Positions 10,439 to 21,000 of a stretch of 64,000 nt of DNA are shown here, piece after piece (position 1 is the first letter of the stretch; each line of letters opens with the position of its first letter). A program made the position numbers and the translations under genes. This stretch comes from Candidatus Obscuribacteraceae bacterium (lineage in GTDB: Bacteria > Cyanobacteriota > Vampirovibrionia > Obscuribacterales > Obscuribacteraceae). The notes beneath the pieces are model-generated. The model was not told where the DNA came from. It ran no database searches and saw only the letters and a program-made list of their open reading frames with translations. The stretch lies in the NCBI GenBank assembly GCA_044229845.1, contig JBGASG010000002.1, forward strand, positions 512,001 to 576,000, read 5' to 3'.

Positions 10439-11572
10439 TTACATGATTCCGAGCTGTCGAGCCAGCATCAAGGGCGATATACGTTTGCGCGCTCCGGAAA
10501 TGACGACAATGTCTTTTCCGTTTCTTTGACAGTAAAGGAAGTTGTCGGAGACCTTGAACAAAGCCGTTGACGCGTCGGTAGTTAGTACTCGATGCACGTC
10601 GCCAAGCGTTCCTACGTATCTATTGAATATCTCTTGAGCCGTCTCCGGCTCCTGGTACTCGACAATCAAGAGCTTCATCCGCTCAGACAGTGGCGGCGAG
10701 AATTGGTAGTCAGCATATGCAGAGGCGCGCGCCGATTCCAGATTTAGTTGGCCTATATAAGGAACGGTTGTGTGACGCCGCGCTGTCATCCCACCCATGA
10801 ACAACCGCTCGCTGCCTGTGACCCGGTCGATGGTAGGCAGCTTGTACATGACAGGAGGCAGAGCAGCTTGTGGGGCGATGCGGTTGGCAATGCTGTCAGC
10901 GAGAGCAGTAATCGCCTCCTTGGCCTCATCGTCGCCATGAGCATCGCTAGCAATCCTTATAAAGTAATTGCCGCGCTGGAAAGAAACGGTGGAGTCGTCC
11001 TCGGACGAACGGTCCCCCCGGACAATCACATTGGTTGCGCCTTGCCTGAGATTGGTATAGGCACCGTAGGCGCCCTGGCTGCCGCCAAAACGATAGACCA
11101 CGACATCAATATTGCGCTGGCCGCGCTGCAACTGCTTGATCAAGATATCGGTGCAGCCGAATTCTAATAACGCGTCGCGCTGGTTGAATGCATTCGTCAC
11201 CACCGGTGGTGGCACGGACGCGAGCGCGCTCTCGGACAGAGCCTGTCCCTTAAAGACCAGCGTCTTGCGGTCTTGCACCACGTGCTCTACGCCCGTCTCC
11301 TGCCAACCGACCGCACTCAAACCTTTGACGATATTTTCCGCATCGATCAAATCCATCGGCAGCGCCGGCGGCGCCAACACGGTGGGAGCCGTCATTACTC
11401 CCGGTGCGGTGGTGGTGGTTGCGGCTCGTGCCGGTGCGGCAGCTGTCGAACCGGCTGCAACAGGATTGGCGGCAGGCGGCGCAACCGTCTGCGCGCCGGC
11501 TGCGGCAGTGAATGCGGCAGAAACAGCGAATGCGCAATTGAAGAAAAAGACTGATCGTGAGTGGCGATTCAT
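10439..11572 (-). CDS. exported hypothetical protein (DUF6599-like)
   Basis: Signal peptide, Ala/Thr/Pro linker, VVVYRFGGSQGAYGAY and FQRGNYFIRI. Confidence 0.6.
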   Translation of the reverse strand: MNRHSRSVFFFNCAFAVSAAFTAAAGAQTVAPPAANPVAAGSTAAAPARAATTTTAPGVMTAPTVLAPPALPMDLIDAENIVKGLSAVGWQETGVEHVVQDRKTLVFKGQALSESALASVPPPVVTNAFNQRDALLEFGCTDILIKQLQRGQRNIDVVVYRFGGSQGAYGAYTNLRQGATNVIVRGDRSSEDDSTVSFQRGNYFIRIASDAHGDDEAKEAITALADSIANRIAPQAALPPVMYKLPTIDRVTGSERLFMGGMTARRHTTVPYIGQLNLESARASAYADYQFSPPLSERMKLLIVEYQEPETAQEIFNRYVGTLGDVHRVLTTDASTALFKVSDNFLYCQRNGKDIVVISGARKRISPLMLARQLGIM

Positions 11573-11700
11573 AGAGCCCAGTCTGAAGGCTTGGTTGTCG
11601 AAGAGTGTAGCACTTGAGCAATCAGCACAAAAAGCAGAGCCGCCTCACAAGCGTGGGGCAGCTCAACTCAACTTGTGCAGTTGTTGAAAAAACTGATTGG

Positions 11701-12795
11701 TTACTTGCTGGTATCGAACTTCACTTGCAGTTTCTTATCGGCAGCGCTCTTTGTTGCATCAAGAACCATGTCGGCCAGGTTATTGTCGCCCCTGGAGAAA
11801 CTGCTGCCACCCTCGTCTTCGCTGTAGTACCCGGCCCCGGCACCACCGCCGCCCGCCGGTCGGGCCGCTTTGCCCGCAGCCGTGAAATACATGCCGCGAG
11901 TCGTGGAGCGACGCAGCAGGGCACCGGCGACCGGAGTATCCGTTGAAGCCGCCGGCAAAGGCGAGGACATCTCGGTGGCGATGCCTCTGGCTTCCAGGTC
12001 TTTGGCTCCGGCGCGCCAGGCGGCGGCATCTGCCGTCTTCATCTTATACATCTTGCCGGCAGCGTGAACGATCGTGGCTTTCGTCCCGTCAGCCTGCGCC
12101 ACTTCTGATTTGTACGACATGAATTCAAACTTGCCGTCGGCGAGCTTGGCGATTTCTTCAAAGACGCCCCGCCCTTCCTCAGCCTTGAAGTTCTGCAGTC
12201 CGTCACAGCCGATGGTATTAATTTGAATACCGCCGGCGATCGCGTCTTTCGCCTCGGCTCGCCAGTCGCATCGGTCTTTTCCGGTTGGTCCTGCATCACC
12301 GATGACGAAGAGCAGCTTCAATGTTTTAGAACTGGTATCCCACTTCAGGTCGTGTACTGAGGCATGCAACGCAGAGGCGACAGCTTCCGGGGCATCGCCT
12401 CCACCATGAGCCTTGAGGTCCGATATATTTTTGACAACCTGGTCGATGTCGTCGGTGAACGGGAAAACCTTGGTCACATAGTCATCATGCAAATCGCGAA
12501 ACGCCACCAGTCCAACCCGGATCACTGGCGCGGGCTTGCCGCTGCTTAGCTTGGCGACGATCTCTTTGGTCTTCGCCTTCACTACATCTATCTCGCCCTG
12601 CATCGAACCGGTGGTGTCGATGCAGAATGCCAGGTCGATATGGGGGCGCGCCTTGGCTTGCGCCGGTTGGGTTTCGGCAGGTTTCGCTTCCGCAGTGGAG
12701 GGGGGTTTCGTTTCTTCCTGCGCGCCCGCTAGATTGGCGACCAGCAGTGTCGAGGTCAGAGCCAGCTGCGCGGCGGCAATAAAAGATCTGCGCAT
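11701..12795 (-). CDS. exported von Willebrand factor A domain protein
   Basis: Signal peptide; MIDAS-type IDTTGSM, GGGDAPEA, VIGDAGP. Confidence 0.88.
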   Translation of the reverse strand: MRRSFIAAAQLALTSTLLVANLAGAQEETKPPSTAEAKPAETQPAQAKARPHIDLAFCIDTTGSMQGEIDVVKAKTKEIVAKLSSGKPAPVIRVGLVAFRDLHDDYVTKVFPFTDDIDQVVKNISDLKAHGGGDAPEAVASALHASVHDLKWDTSSKTLKLLFVIGDAGPTGKDRCDWRAEAKDAIAGGIQINTIGCDGLQNFKAEEGRGVFEEIAKLADGKFEFMSYKSEVAQADGTKATIVHAAGKMYKMKTADAAAWRAGAKDLEARGIATEMSSPLPAASTDTPVAGALLRRSTTRGMYFTAAGKAARPAGGGGAGAGYYSEDEGGSSFSRGDNNLADMVLDATKSAADKKLQVKFDTSK

Positions 12796-12894
12796 GAATT
12801 TCGTTCTCCCTTGATGCTATCTTCAACGATACGCAAGGCGAGAAGAAACTTCGTCCACCGAATACCGGATGACAGCCTAGGGAAAATACTGAGC

Positions 12895-13362
12895 ATGAAC
12901 GAAGCCGGACTATCATCTGAAGCAGCCGAGAGAAGCCTGGCAGCCTACGGCAAACACCTGATATTTTTCGACGGCGTTTGCGGGCTCTGCAATAAAAGTG
13001 TCCAGTTCGTGCTCGACCGCGACAAAGCGGGACTTTTCTACTACGCGTCTTTGCAAAGCGGATTCGCTGGACACACCCTGTCCAAATACGGTGACAATCC
13101 GTCCGATCTGGACAGCATCAGGGTTTTGTCCGACTATCAGACGGCGAAGGAAAAACTCTACACGCGCTCGGATGCCGCGCTGTTTGTTTTGCGACAACTG
13201 GGCGGTTGGCAGTCCGCTTTTGGTCATCTGACTTTCATCCCGGCGTTCATCCGGGATGCGGTATACAAGTTTGTCGCTCTGATTCGCTATCGACTATTCG
13301 GCAAGTACGACAGCTGTCGGTTGCCCGATCCGCAGACGAGATCCCGCTTCATCGAAGTTTAG
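12895..13362 (+). CDS. DCC family thiol-disulfide oxidoreductase (DUF393/YuxK-like)
   Basis: [29 protein letters not shown]; start taken at ATG 12895. Confidence 0.9.
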   Translation: MNEAGLSSEAAERSLAAYGKHLIFFDGVCGLCNKSVQFVLDRDKAGLFYYASLQSGFAGHTLSKYGDNPSDLDSIRVLSDYQTAKEKLYTRSDAALFVLRQLGGWQSAFGHLTFIPAFIRDAVYKFVALIRYRLFGKYDSCRLPDPQTRSRFIEV

Positions 13363-15592
13363 CTGTGGCCAGATCTGCTTTGAGATGTTCGCGATACCAG
13401 TCTATGGTGCGCACAAGTCCGGTTTTCAGATCGACCTGGGGCGACCAGCCCAGCAGTTCGCGAGCTTTGGTGATATCGGGCAAGCGCTGTTTAGGATCGT
13501 CTTGCGGTAATGGCTCGAAAACGATCTCGCTCTTCGACTGCGTAAGTTCTTTGACAATGTGAGCCAGCTCGATCACCGTGCGTTCTTCGGGATTGCCGAT
13601 GTTGACCGGTTGGTGATGATCGACGCCCATCAGGCGTACAATGCCGTCCACCAGATCGCTGACGTATTGAAAGCTGCGAGTCTGCTGCCCGTCACCATAT
13701 GCGGTGAGTGGTTCACCCAGCAAGGCTTGCTTGATAAAGTTCGAAACCACACGCCCATCGTTAGGGCGCAAGCGCGGTCCATAGCAATTGAAGATGCGCA
13801 CGATGCGCGTATCCAATTTATGTTTGTGGTGATATGCCATGGTCAGCGCTTCTGCGAAGCGCTTCGATTCATCGTAGACACCACGCGGACCGATCGGATT
13901 GACATTGCCCCAGTAAGTCTCGGGCTGCGGATGTACGAGCGGATCTCCGTAGACCTCAGACGTGCTGGCCAGGAAAAACTTTGCGCCTTTGGCCTTAGCC
14001 AGTCCCAGCGTGTTGTGGGTGCCGAGTGAATTCACCTTCAATGTTTCAATCGGCAAATCGAGATAGTCGATCGGGCTGGCCGGGCTGGCGAAATGAATCA
14101 CCCAGTCGAGAGCGCCCAGGAAATCTATGTGATTGGAGACATTGTGGTGCAGAAATTCGAAGTTGGGATTGCCGTCATTGTGCGCCACATTTTTCGAGTT
14201 GCCGGTGATCAAGTTATCCATCACGATAACGTGATGCTGCTCCGACAAAAGACGATCGGTGAGGTGTGACCCGATGAACTTCTTCATGGTGCCCGCGATG
14301 TCCTGCCATTTTACTTCACGAAACTCCGGCCACTCGGTGACGAGAATCAACGCGTCGGCACCACGTGCTACGTCGGCCACATCTTCGCAGTAAACAATCG
14401 GCAACTCCGGATGCTGGCGTTTGCAGGTTTCGTTGCTGACCGGATCGTAAGCCCGCACCGCCGCTCCCATCTTGTGCAACTGCGCGGCGATGGAAAGACT
14501 GGGTGCATCGCGCAAATCGTCGGTATTCGGCTTGAACGACAACCCAAGCAGTCCGACCGTGCGTCCTTTGATGATTTTCAGTTCTTCCTGCAACATGGTG
14601 ATCACGTGAGTGCGCTGATATTTGTTTACCGCTAGAGTGGCTTCCAGCAAGGATGTCGTGCAGTTATACTCGCGCGCTACATCAATCAGTGCGTTGACGT
14701 CTTTGCCAAAACAACTACCGCCCCAACCGACACCGGCCGAGAGAAACTGTGTACCGATACGCTTGTCGAGACCGATGCCTTGCGCCACCTGGCGGATGTC
14801 GGCGCCCACCTTCTCGCAGATGTTGGCCATCTCGTTAGCAAAACTAATCTTCATAGCCAGAAAGGCGTTGGCCGAATATTTGATCATTTCCGCTGAAGCC
14901 AGGTCGGTGACGATCAACGGAATGCCATGCAGATCGCGCGGACGAGGGGCGCACTTAGGTGGTTCGAAGGACTGCTCAGTAATTGGTTTGTAGAGCAACC
15001 GCATCAGGTCGGCAGCCTGGTCGTCGCCGCTGCCGAGCACGATCCGGTCAGGATAGAAAGTATCATGTATGGCTTGCCCTTCGCGAAGAAACTCCGGGTT
15101 GCTGACCACGGCAAATGGCGGCTCATTAGACTTAGTGGTGGCACCGCGCGCCTGAGCCGGCACTGCCACCATCAAGCCTTGCTGCACCAGCATCTCAACC
15201 CAGTTGCCGGAGCCTACCGGCACCGTCGACTTGTTGACGATCACACGTTTTTTCTCGGCATCCAGGGCACCGCCTATGGCGCGAGCTACTGTTGTGACCT
15301 GGGTCATATCCGGTTCGCCCGAGGGCTGCGGTGGAGTACCCACCGCGATGAATATGACGTCGGCGTTTTTCACGCCCAGCGAAATGGAGTCGGCAAAGGT
15401 CAGTCGTCCGGACTTGACGACCTGCTCCATAAGTTCCGCCAGCCCGGGTTCGAAAAACGGCACCTGTCCGGTCTGCAACGTCTGGAGCTTATCGGCGTTG
15501 GCCTCGATTACCGTCACCCGGTTGCCGAGATATGCCAGGGAGCAGCTGGTTACCAGACCGACATAGCCAGCGCCAATTACACAGACTTCCAC
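13349..15592 (-). CDS. ugd: apparent in-frame fusion of UDP-glucose 6-dehydrogenase and UDP-glucuronate decarboxylase, each truncated at the junction
   Basis: [22 protein letters not shown] (Ugd), then ...[30 protein letters not shown] (Uxs); start taken at GTG 15592. Confidence 0.8.
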   Translation of the reverse strand: MEVCVIGAGYVGLVTSCSLAYLGNRVTVIEANADKLQTLQTGQVPFFEPGLAELMEQVVKSGRLTFADSISLGVKNADVIFIAVGTPPQPSGEPDMTQVTTVARAIGGALDAEKKRVIVNKSTVPVGSGNWVEMLVQQGLMVAVPAQARGATTKSNEPPFAVVSNPEFLREGQAIHDTFYPDRIVLGSGDDQAADLMRLLYKPITEQSFEPPKCAPRPRDLHGIPLIVTDLASAEMIKYSANAFLAMKISFANEMANICEKVGADIRQVAQGIGLDKRIGTQFLSAGVGWGGSCFGKDVNALIDVAREYNCTTSLLEATLAVNKYQRTHVITMLQEELKIIKGRTVGLLGLSFKPNTDDLRDAPSLSIAAQLHKMGAAVRAYDPVSNETCKRQHPELPIVYCEDVADVARGADALILVTEWPEFREVKWQDIAGTMKKFIGSHLTDRLLSEQHHVIVMDNLITGNSKNVAHNDGNPNFEFLHHNVSNHIDFLGALDWVIHFASPASPIDYLDLPIETLKVNSLGTHNTLGLAKAKGAKFFLASTSEVYGDPLVHPQPETYWGNVNPIGPRGVYDESKRFAEALTMAYHHKHKLDTRIVRIFNCYGPRLRPNDGRVVSNFIKQALLGEPLTAYGDGQQTRSFQYVSDLVDGIVRLMGVDHHQPVNIGNPEERTVIELAHIVKELTQSKSEIVFEPLPQDDPKQRLPDITKARELLGWSPQVDLKTGLVRTIDWYREHLKADLATAKLR

Positions 15593-15714
15593 TTTGAACC
15601 TGCCTTTGAAGACCCTTACGCAGACAGTGCCCATCTGCGGCCCGCTGCGCTCTACTATTATTACCTAAGCCACCCTAAATGTTAGGCGAGAGGCACCGTG
15701 TTAGCCTCTTTGTA

Positions 15715-16497
15715 ATGGTCAGCTCTATTGACGAGTTTGTGCGAACAATCGCCAGATTGCGGGCTCCTGACGGTTGTCCGTGGGACAGGGAGCAGACACA
15801 CCGCAGCCTGGCCCGATATTTACTAGAAGAAACTTACGAAGTTCTGGAAGCCATTGACCTGGAGAACCCCGGCAAACTGCGTGAAGAACTTGGCGACTTG
15901 CTTTTGCAAATCGTTTTGAACGCTCAGGTGGCATCGGAATCAACCAGTGAAGAGGCATTCACGTTCGAAGATGTGGCAGCCGGCATAAATCAGAAGATGA
16001 TCGAGCGGCATCCGCATGTTTTCGGCGACGTAAAAGTAGAGTCCGCCCAGGAAGTCGTGCAATTGTGGGAAGAGCGCAAGCAAAAGCAACGCGGCACCGC
16101 CGTCTCGGTCGACGACGTTCCCAATGCACTGCCTGCGCTTTTGAAAGCTCTGAAAGTCTCTGAAAAAGCCGTCGGGGAAGGATTCGAATGGGAGAACATC
16201 GATCAGATTTTCGACCAACTGCACAGCGAGATCGATGAACTGCGCGCCGAACTGCGGCATCCCCAGGCGTCCACACGCAAACGTGAAATCGAGCTGGAGA
16301 TCGGAGACATTTTATTTACCGTCGTCAATATCGCCCGCTGGCAAAACATCAGCCCGGAAGAGTCGCTGCTTTTCGCAATCGAAAAGTTTCGCCGTCGATA
16401 TCGCAAGATGGGTGAGCTCTCTGCAAAGCCGCTCTCCGAGCTGTCTACCAGCGAATTAGACAGTTTATGGCGGCGAGCCAAAGTAGCTACATCCTGA
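15715..16497 (+). CDS. mazG: nucleoside triphosphate pyrophosphohydrolase
   Basis: LRAPDGCPWDREQT, EETYEV, EELGDLL, RHPHVF, second EIGDILF domain. Confidence 0.95.
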   Translation: MVSSIDEFVRTIARLRAPDGCPWDREQTHRSLARYLLEETYEVLEAIDLENPGKLREELGDLLLQIVLNAQVASESTSEEAFTFEDVAAGINQKMIERHPHVFGDVKVESAQEVVQLWEERKQKQRGTAVSVDDVPNALPALLKALKVSEKAVGEGFEWENIDQIFDQLHSEIDELRAELRHPQASTRKREIELEIGDILFTVVNIARWQNISPEESLLFAIEKFRRRYRKMGELSAKPLSELSTSELDSLWRRAKVATS

Positions 16498-16632
16498 GTT
16501 TATAGACACCACATATGGTGCCCATGACTAACGTCATCAATTGCATTTTAGAATGAAGTGTCCGCTATTATCGAGCAGGGTTTAGGCTTCTCCGTGGTAA
16601 GAGAAAGATAGCCCTCCCGCCGCCACTGATTT

Positions 16633-17910
16633 ATGACATTCATTGACGACGATCCGAATAAAACTGAGAAGGAAAGCCCTTTCACGATCGATCCGACGGC
16701 TGCCATAGGCACGCCTGGCCCCTCGGCCAAGCCCAAGCCGTTGAAAGCCGAGAAGGGCGCTTCGTCTGCTAAAGAAGGCGGATTTATCGGACGCCAGGCG
16801 CCCAAATCCAAAGAGGGCGATTTCTCCGACGACCAGATTCGCGCCATGCGCCGCGACGGCACCGACACGCTGAAGAAACAGACGGCCGTCGACGAAATAG
16901 ACTTGGTTGAGCTCACCAAAGAGCAAAAAATGCGGAAGATGATGGGACCGGCTCTCACCATCGGCGCTACTGTGGGCATTGGAATCGTGCTTCTGGTCGC
17001 AGTCGGAATGCTGATCAAAGGCATGGTCGGGCAGTATGAAGCACAAAACTCCTTGCGTTCGGCTCGCGCGTTTTTGAAACAGGGCAACGCCGCTCTGGCG
17101 CGGCGGCACCTGGAACCCCTGATCAAAGACGGCATCAAAGATCCGGCGCTTTTCAGCATTGTCGGCATCTGCTCCAACAAACTGAACGAACCGCAGCGCG
17201 CCCTGAACGAGTTTGACCAGGCTGCTAAACTCGAACCCAAAGAACCGGCTCACCTTTGCGGCCGCGCGGAAGCCTTCCTCAAATTGGATAAACCGCAAGA
17301 AGCCATCAACGAGTCCAATTCCGCTCTGAAGCTCAATCCTAACTATCCCGATGCATTTCGCTGGCGGGCTGCCGCCTATCTAAAACAGTCGGAATACGAC
17401 AAATCCATCGAGGACTGCGACAAATATTTGAAGGTAGCCACCTCTCCCACCGCTGATGTCTATGCAACCAAAGGGGCGTCCCTTTTCAGCGAGAAAAAAT
17501 TCCAGGACTCGGCCGCCGACTACACCCGGGCTGTGCAAATCGAACCGGAAAACGGTGAGTACTGGACCGCCAAAGCTGTATCGCTGCAATCGGCAAACGA
17601 ATTCAAAGACGCCGTGCGAGCCCTCAACCGCTCGCTGGAAGTGCAGGGCAAGAAGATCGAGCTGCTGCGTCGCAGAGCCGACTGCCTGCTGGCGGCACAC
17701 GATTTTGACGGCGCGATCAAAGACTACGAGCTGGTCGGACAGCTGACCCGGACCAAAGAAGACTACGTGCGCTGCGCCGATGTCGCCATGGGCGGCAAGC
17801 GCTACAACCTGGCGTTCTTTTACTACACGAAGGCCCTTGAAGCAGATCCCAACGACAACAAAGTTCGGGCAGCCAGAGAAACCGCCGGCAAAGCCGCCGG
17901 CGTCTCATAA
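16633..17910 (+). CDS. single-pass membrane TPR protein
   Basis: Short charged N-terminus, one TM helix, multiple TPRs. Confidence 0.88.
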   Translation: MTFIDDDPNKTEKESPFTIDPTAAIGTPGPSAKPKPLKAEKGASSAKEGGFIGRQAPKSKEGDFSDDQIRAMRRDGTDTLKKQTAVDEIDLVELTKEQKMRKMMGPALTIGATVGIGIVLLVAVGMLIKGMVGQYEAQNSLRSARAFLKQGNAALARRHLEPLIKDGIKDPALFSIVGICSNKLNEPQRALNEFDQAAKLEPKEPAHLCGRAEAFLKLDKPQEAINESNSALKLNPNYPDAFRWRAAAYLKQSEYDKSIEDCDKYLKVATSPTADVYATKGASLFSEKKFQDSAADYTRAVQIEPENGEYWTAKAVSLQSANEFKDAVRALNRSLEVQGKKIELLRRRADCLLAAHDFDGAIKDYELVGQLTRTKEDYVRCADVAMGGKRYNLAFFYYTKALEADPNDNKVRAARETAGKAAGVS

Positions 17911-18087
17911 ACAAATATTTTGCGTGTTATTTGACCTTGACTGACCCCGGCACCAGCAGCGGTGACATGTCAGGCAGCCATACTCAGCCGATTTCGTAGT
18001 AAAACCAGAGGAAATAAAAGGCTGTCCTCTAAAAAGAGCCTCGTTTAGTCGCGTGCGTGGTAATAGATCAATAGGCCGTTTGGTTGG

Positions 18088-21000
18088 GTGACCGCAGATT
18101 ATATGGACAACGCGCCGAAACCCCAGGACGAAAGCACCCGCTCGGAAGAAGAGCGGAAGGCTGCTGCGGCCAACGATCCCAATGCCCCCGCTCCTGCTAA
18201 CGGTGGCGCCGCCGGCGCACCCAGTACCGAGGCATCACAAAGCGGCAGCTTCAAAGCTGTCTTCGGCAGTGGACAAGGGTCGAATCCCTGGTCGGCCTCA
18301 GGCGGACAAAATCCCTGGGACGACGGTCCCGGCGGACAGCAACCAGCTCAGAACCAGCCTTCGTCCGGGAACGCCGGACAGCCGGGCGACCCGCAAGCTG
18401 CTGCCGGTCAGGAAGGCGGACCCTGGGGCAACATTGGTTTGGCCGGACCACCTTCACAGCGCCTCGGGTCCATCAAAAATCCCGAGTCCCAGATAGATGC
18501 CGCCAGCAAAGTGCTGGACGCCTCCAGCGCCAACCAGTCTGAAGAGTCCCGCAAAGCCGCACAGGACATGCTACTGAACGATCCGTGGCTGAATCCGGCG
18601 GCAGGTTGGGTGCAAATGGTTTTGCCTTCCAAAGAAGGTGAGGCTGCCCCAGCCGAAGGCGCCCCCACAGGAGGTCCGCAGTCGGCTCAAGATGGCGACT
18701 CGGCAGCCGATTTTCTCAGTGCCTGGGGCGAGGCTGATGCTCCCAGCCTGCCAAAAGGGCCCTCAGCTTTGAAAGGACTGGGCGTCAGTCTCAATCCTTC
18801 GAAATCCGGCAATGTTATTCCTGAACCGCTGCCCCGTCTGGCGGCGCCTCAAGAACCGGAGCCCGAAGCTGAAGATGACGCGCTGGGACTTGATCCTCAC
18901 GATCGTCTTTTCCCGGTCGGTCAGGGCGGGCGCAATGAACCTTCCGAGGCCTATCAAAAGCTGTTCGACACAGGGTCGCACCCCATAATTCAGCTCGAAG
19001 ACCGGATGACTGCCCCGGAAGGAATGGGCATTCAGGATCCGGCTCTCAGAGAAAAGCCCACCGGCCCGCAACCACCGCCGCCACCCGAGCCGACACGGCA
19101 GCCCACACCCGCGCCATCAGCGCCTGAAGTTGCGCCCCAGCCCGCACCGGCCGGACCGCCGCCGCTACCGAATTCCGCTCCGGCAGCCGCAGCGCCGCCC
19201 ATGCCGTCGGCGGCGCCAGAACCAGCCTCGCCGCCGCCCCTGCCGCCCGCTCCGGATGCGGCGGCACCACCACCGGTTGCCCCCGCAGCGGTGCCGCCGA
19301 ACGCCGCACCGCACATGCAGCCGATGCCGCCCGCCCACACCGCGGGCGCCCAGGAACCGCCAAAACCAGCCCAACCAGGCTGGATGAAAGAATCAGGCGG
19401 ACTGACCTCGACGCAAACGGGATTGCCGGCTCTGCATCCACCTCAACAACAGCTGCCCAGCTGGCTCGCCGGCTCGCAGCAACAACAATCTCAACAGCAA
19501 CAACAACAGGCGCAACAACTGCCGCAGCAGTCGGCACCACAACCCGCGCAGCCCCCACAGGCGCCGCCGGCGGCTGCACCAGAACCCGTACAGGCTGCCC
19601 CCGTGGCGGCCGCACCAGGCGAGGCACCGCGGCCGACGACCCCGCCGCCGCTACCTCCTCAGCATCAGCAAGCGTTTCCGCCGGAAGGACCACCGACCCA
19701 ACAAGGGCTACCGGCGCAACATCAGCATGTCCCTGGCTGGATGCTGGAGTCACCGGCACAGCGCGCGGCCAAAGAACTGCCGCCCGAAGCTCCCGCTCCG
19801 GCCGCTCCCATCGAAAAGCCGCAACAGCAATTACCATCCTGGTTGCAAAGCCAGTCGACCCAGACCAACTTACCAGCACAACCAGATCCGTTCCAGCAGC
19901 CACCAACGGCTATGCCCCAACCAGCGCCCGCCGAGCCACCGGCTGCCGTGCAGCAAACGCCACCGGCACCAGCTGCGCCACCAACACCGACGCCACCGCC
20001 GCCGGCGCCAGAACCAGTTGCCCCCGTGGCAGAAAGCACGCCACCGCCCTTGCCGCCAGCACCACCACCAGCGGCGCCACCGCCGCCGCCCATGGAACAG
20101 CCGTCCTTCGCCGAGCCGTTCGACCAGACAGTGCCGCCATTCCCCAACGGTCAGCCGCCACTGCAACCTATTTCTGAAACGCCAGCGGCGCCGCCGCCAC
20201 TGCCAGCCGCGCCGCCGCCTTTGCCGACTGCGGCGCCGAACTACACGCCGCAATCCACCCAGCAGGCACCGGTACAGCAGCCGCCTCAACAGTCGATGCC
20301 GCCCATGTCTTCACAGGGTGGATTCGTCAGCTATCAACAGAGTGCACCACCGCCGCAGGCACCACAATCACCACCACCGGCGCCACCACCTACCAGCGCA
20401 CCGCCACCGCTGCCGTCCACTCCTGCTGCCTCGCCTTACGACCCGATGCAGGCCCATGCCGAGTTGGACAGCTACGCTCAGGCAGCTCGCTTCCAGGCTG
20501 CGTCCGGCAGCGCGGCGCCGACGCCACCGCCGGCAGGACCGGCAGGCAGCGATCAGGTTTCGAGCGGACAGCAGGCAGTAGAAGGCACAGGCTCACACCA
20601 TTCGCTTTTGCCGCCCCACAAGCCGCACAGACAGCCGGACGATGACGGAGAGCTTTCCGCAGACGAACTGCGAGCTATGCGTCGGAAGAAAACAACCGAT
20701 GCGTTGCGCCGGGCAACTACCAGCGACGAGGCCGAGCCCGAGACGGAAGAAGAAGCCGAAACCAAAGCCACTATCGCCAAGATCGGCCCGGCAATGACCA
20801 TGAGCGGCATCGCCGTCGCCACCATTCTTCTACTGGGTGCTTTCGGCTTGCTGATCAACTACATGATGGGTCACGGCGAGGCGAACAACGCGCTCAAGGT
20901 CGCCCAATCCTTCTTGCGTCAGGGCAATCCCAAGGAGGCGCGCCGCACTCTCGAACCGCTGGTCAAGCAAGGCACCAAAGATGCCGGCGTTTATGCAGCT

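Noticed and set aside
19032..20596. Arg-rich and Gly-rich alternative-frame ORFs
   Set aside because: By-products of Pro/Ala codon repeats in the 1401-aa gene.
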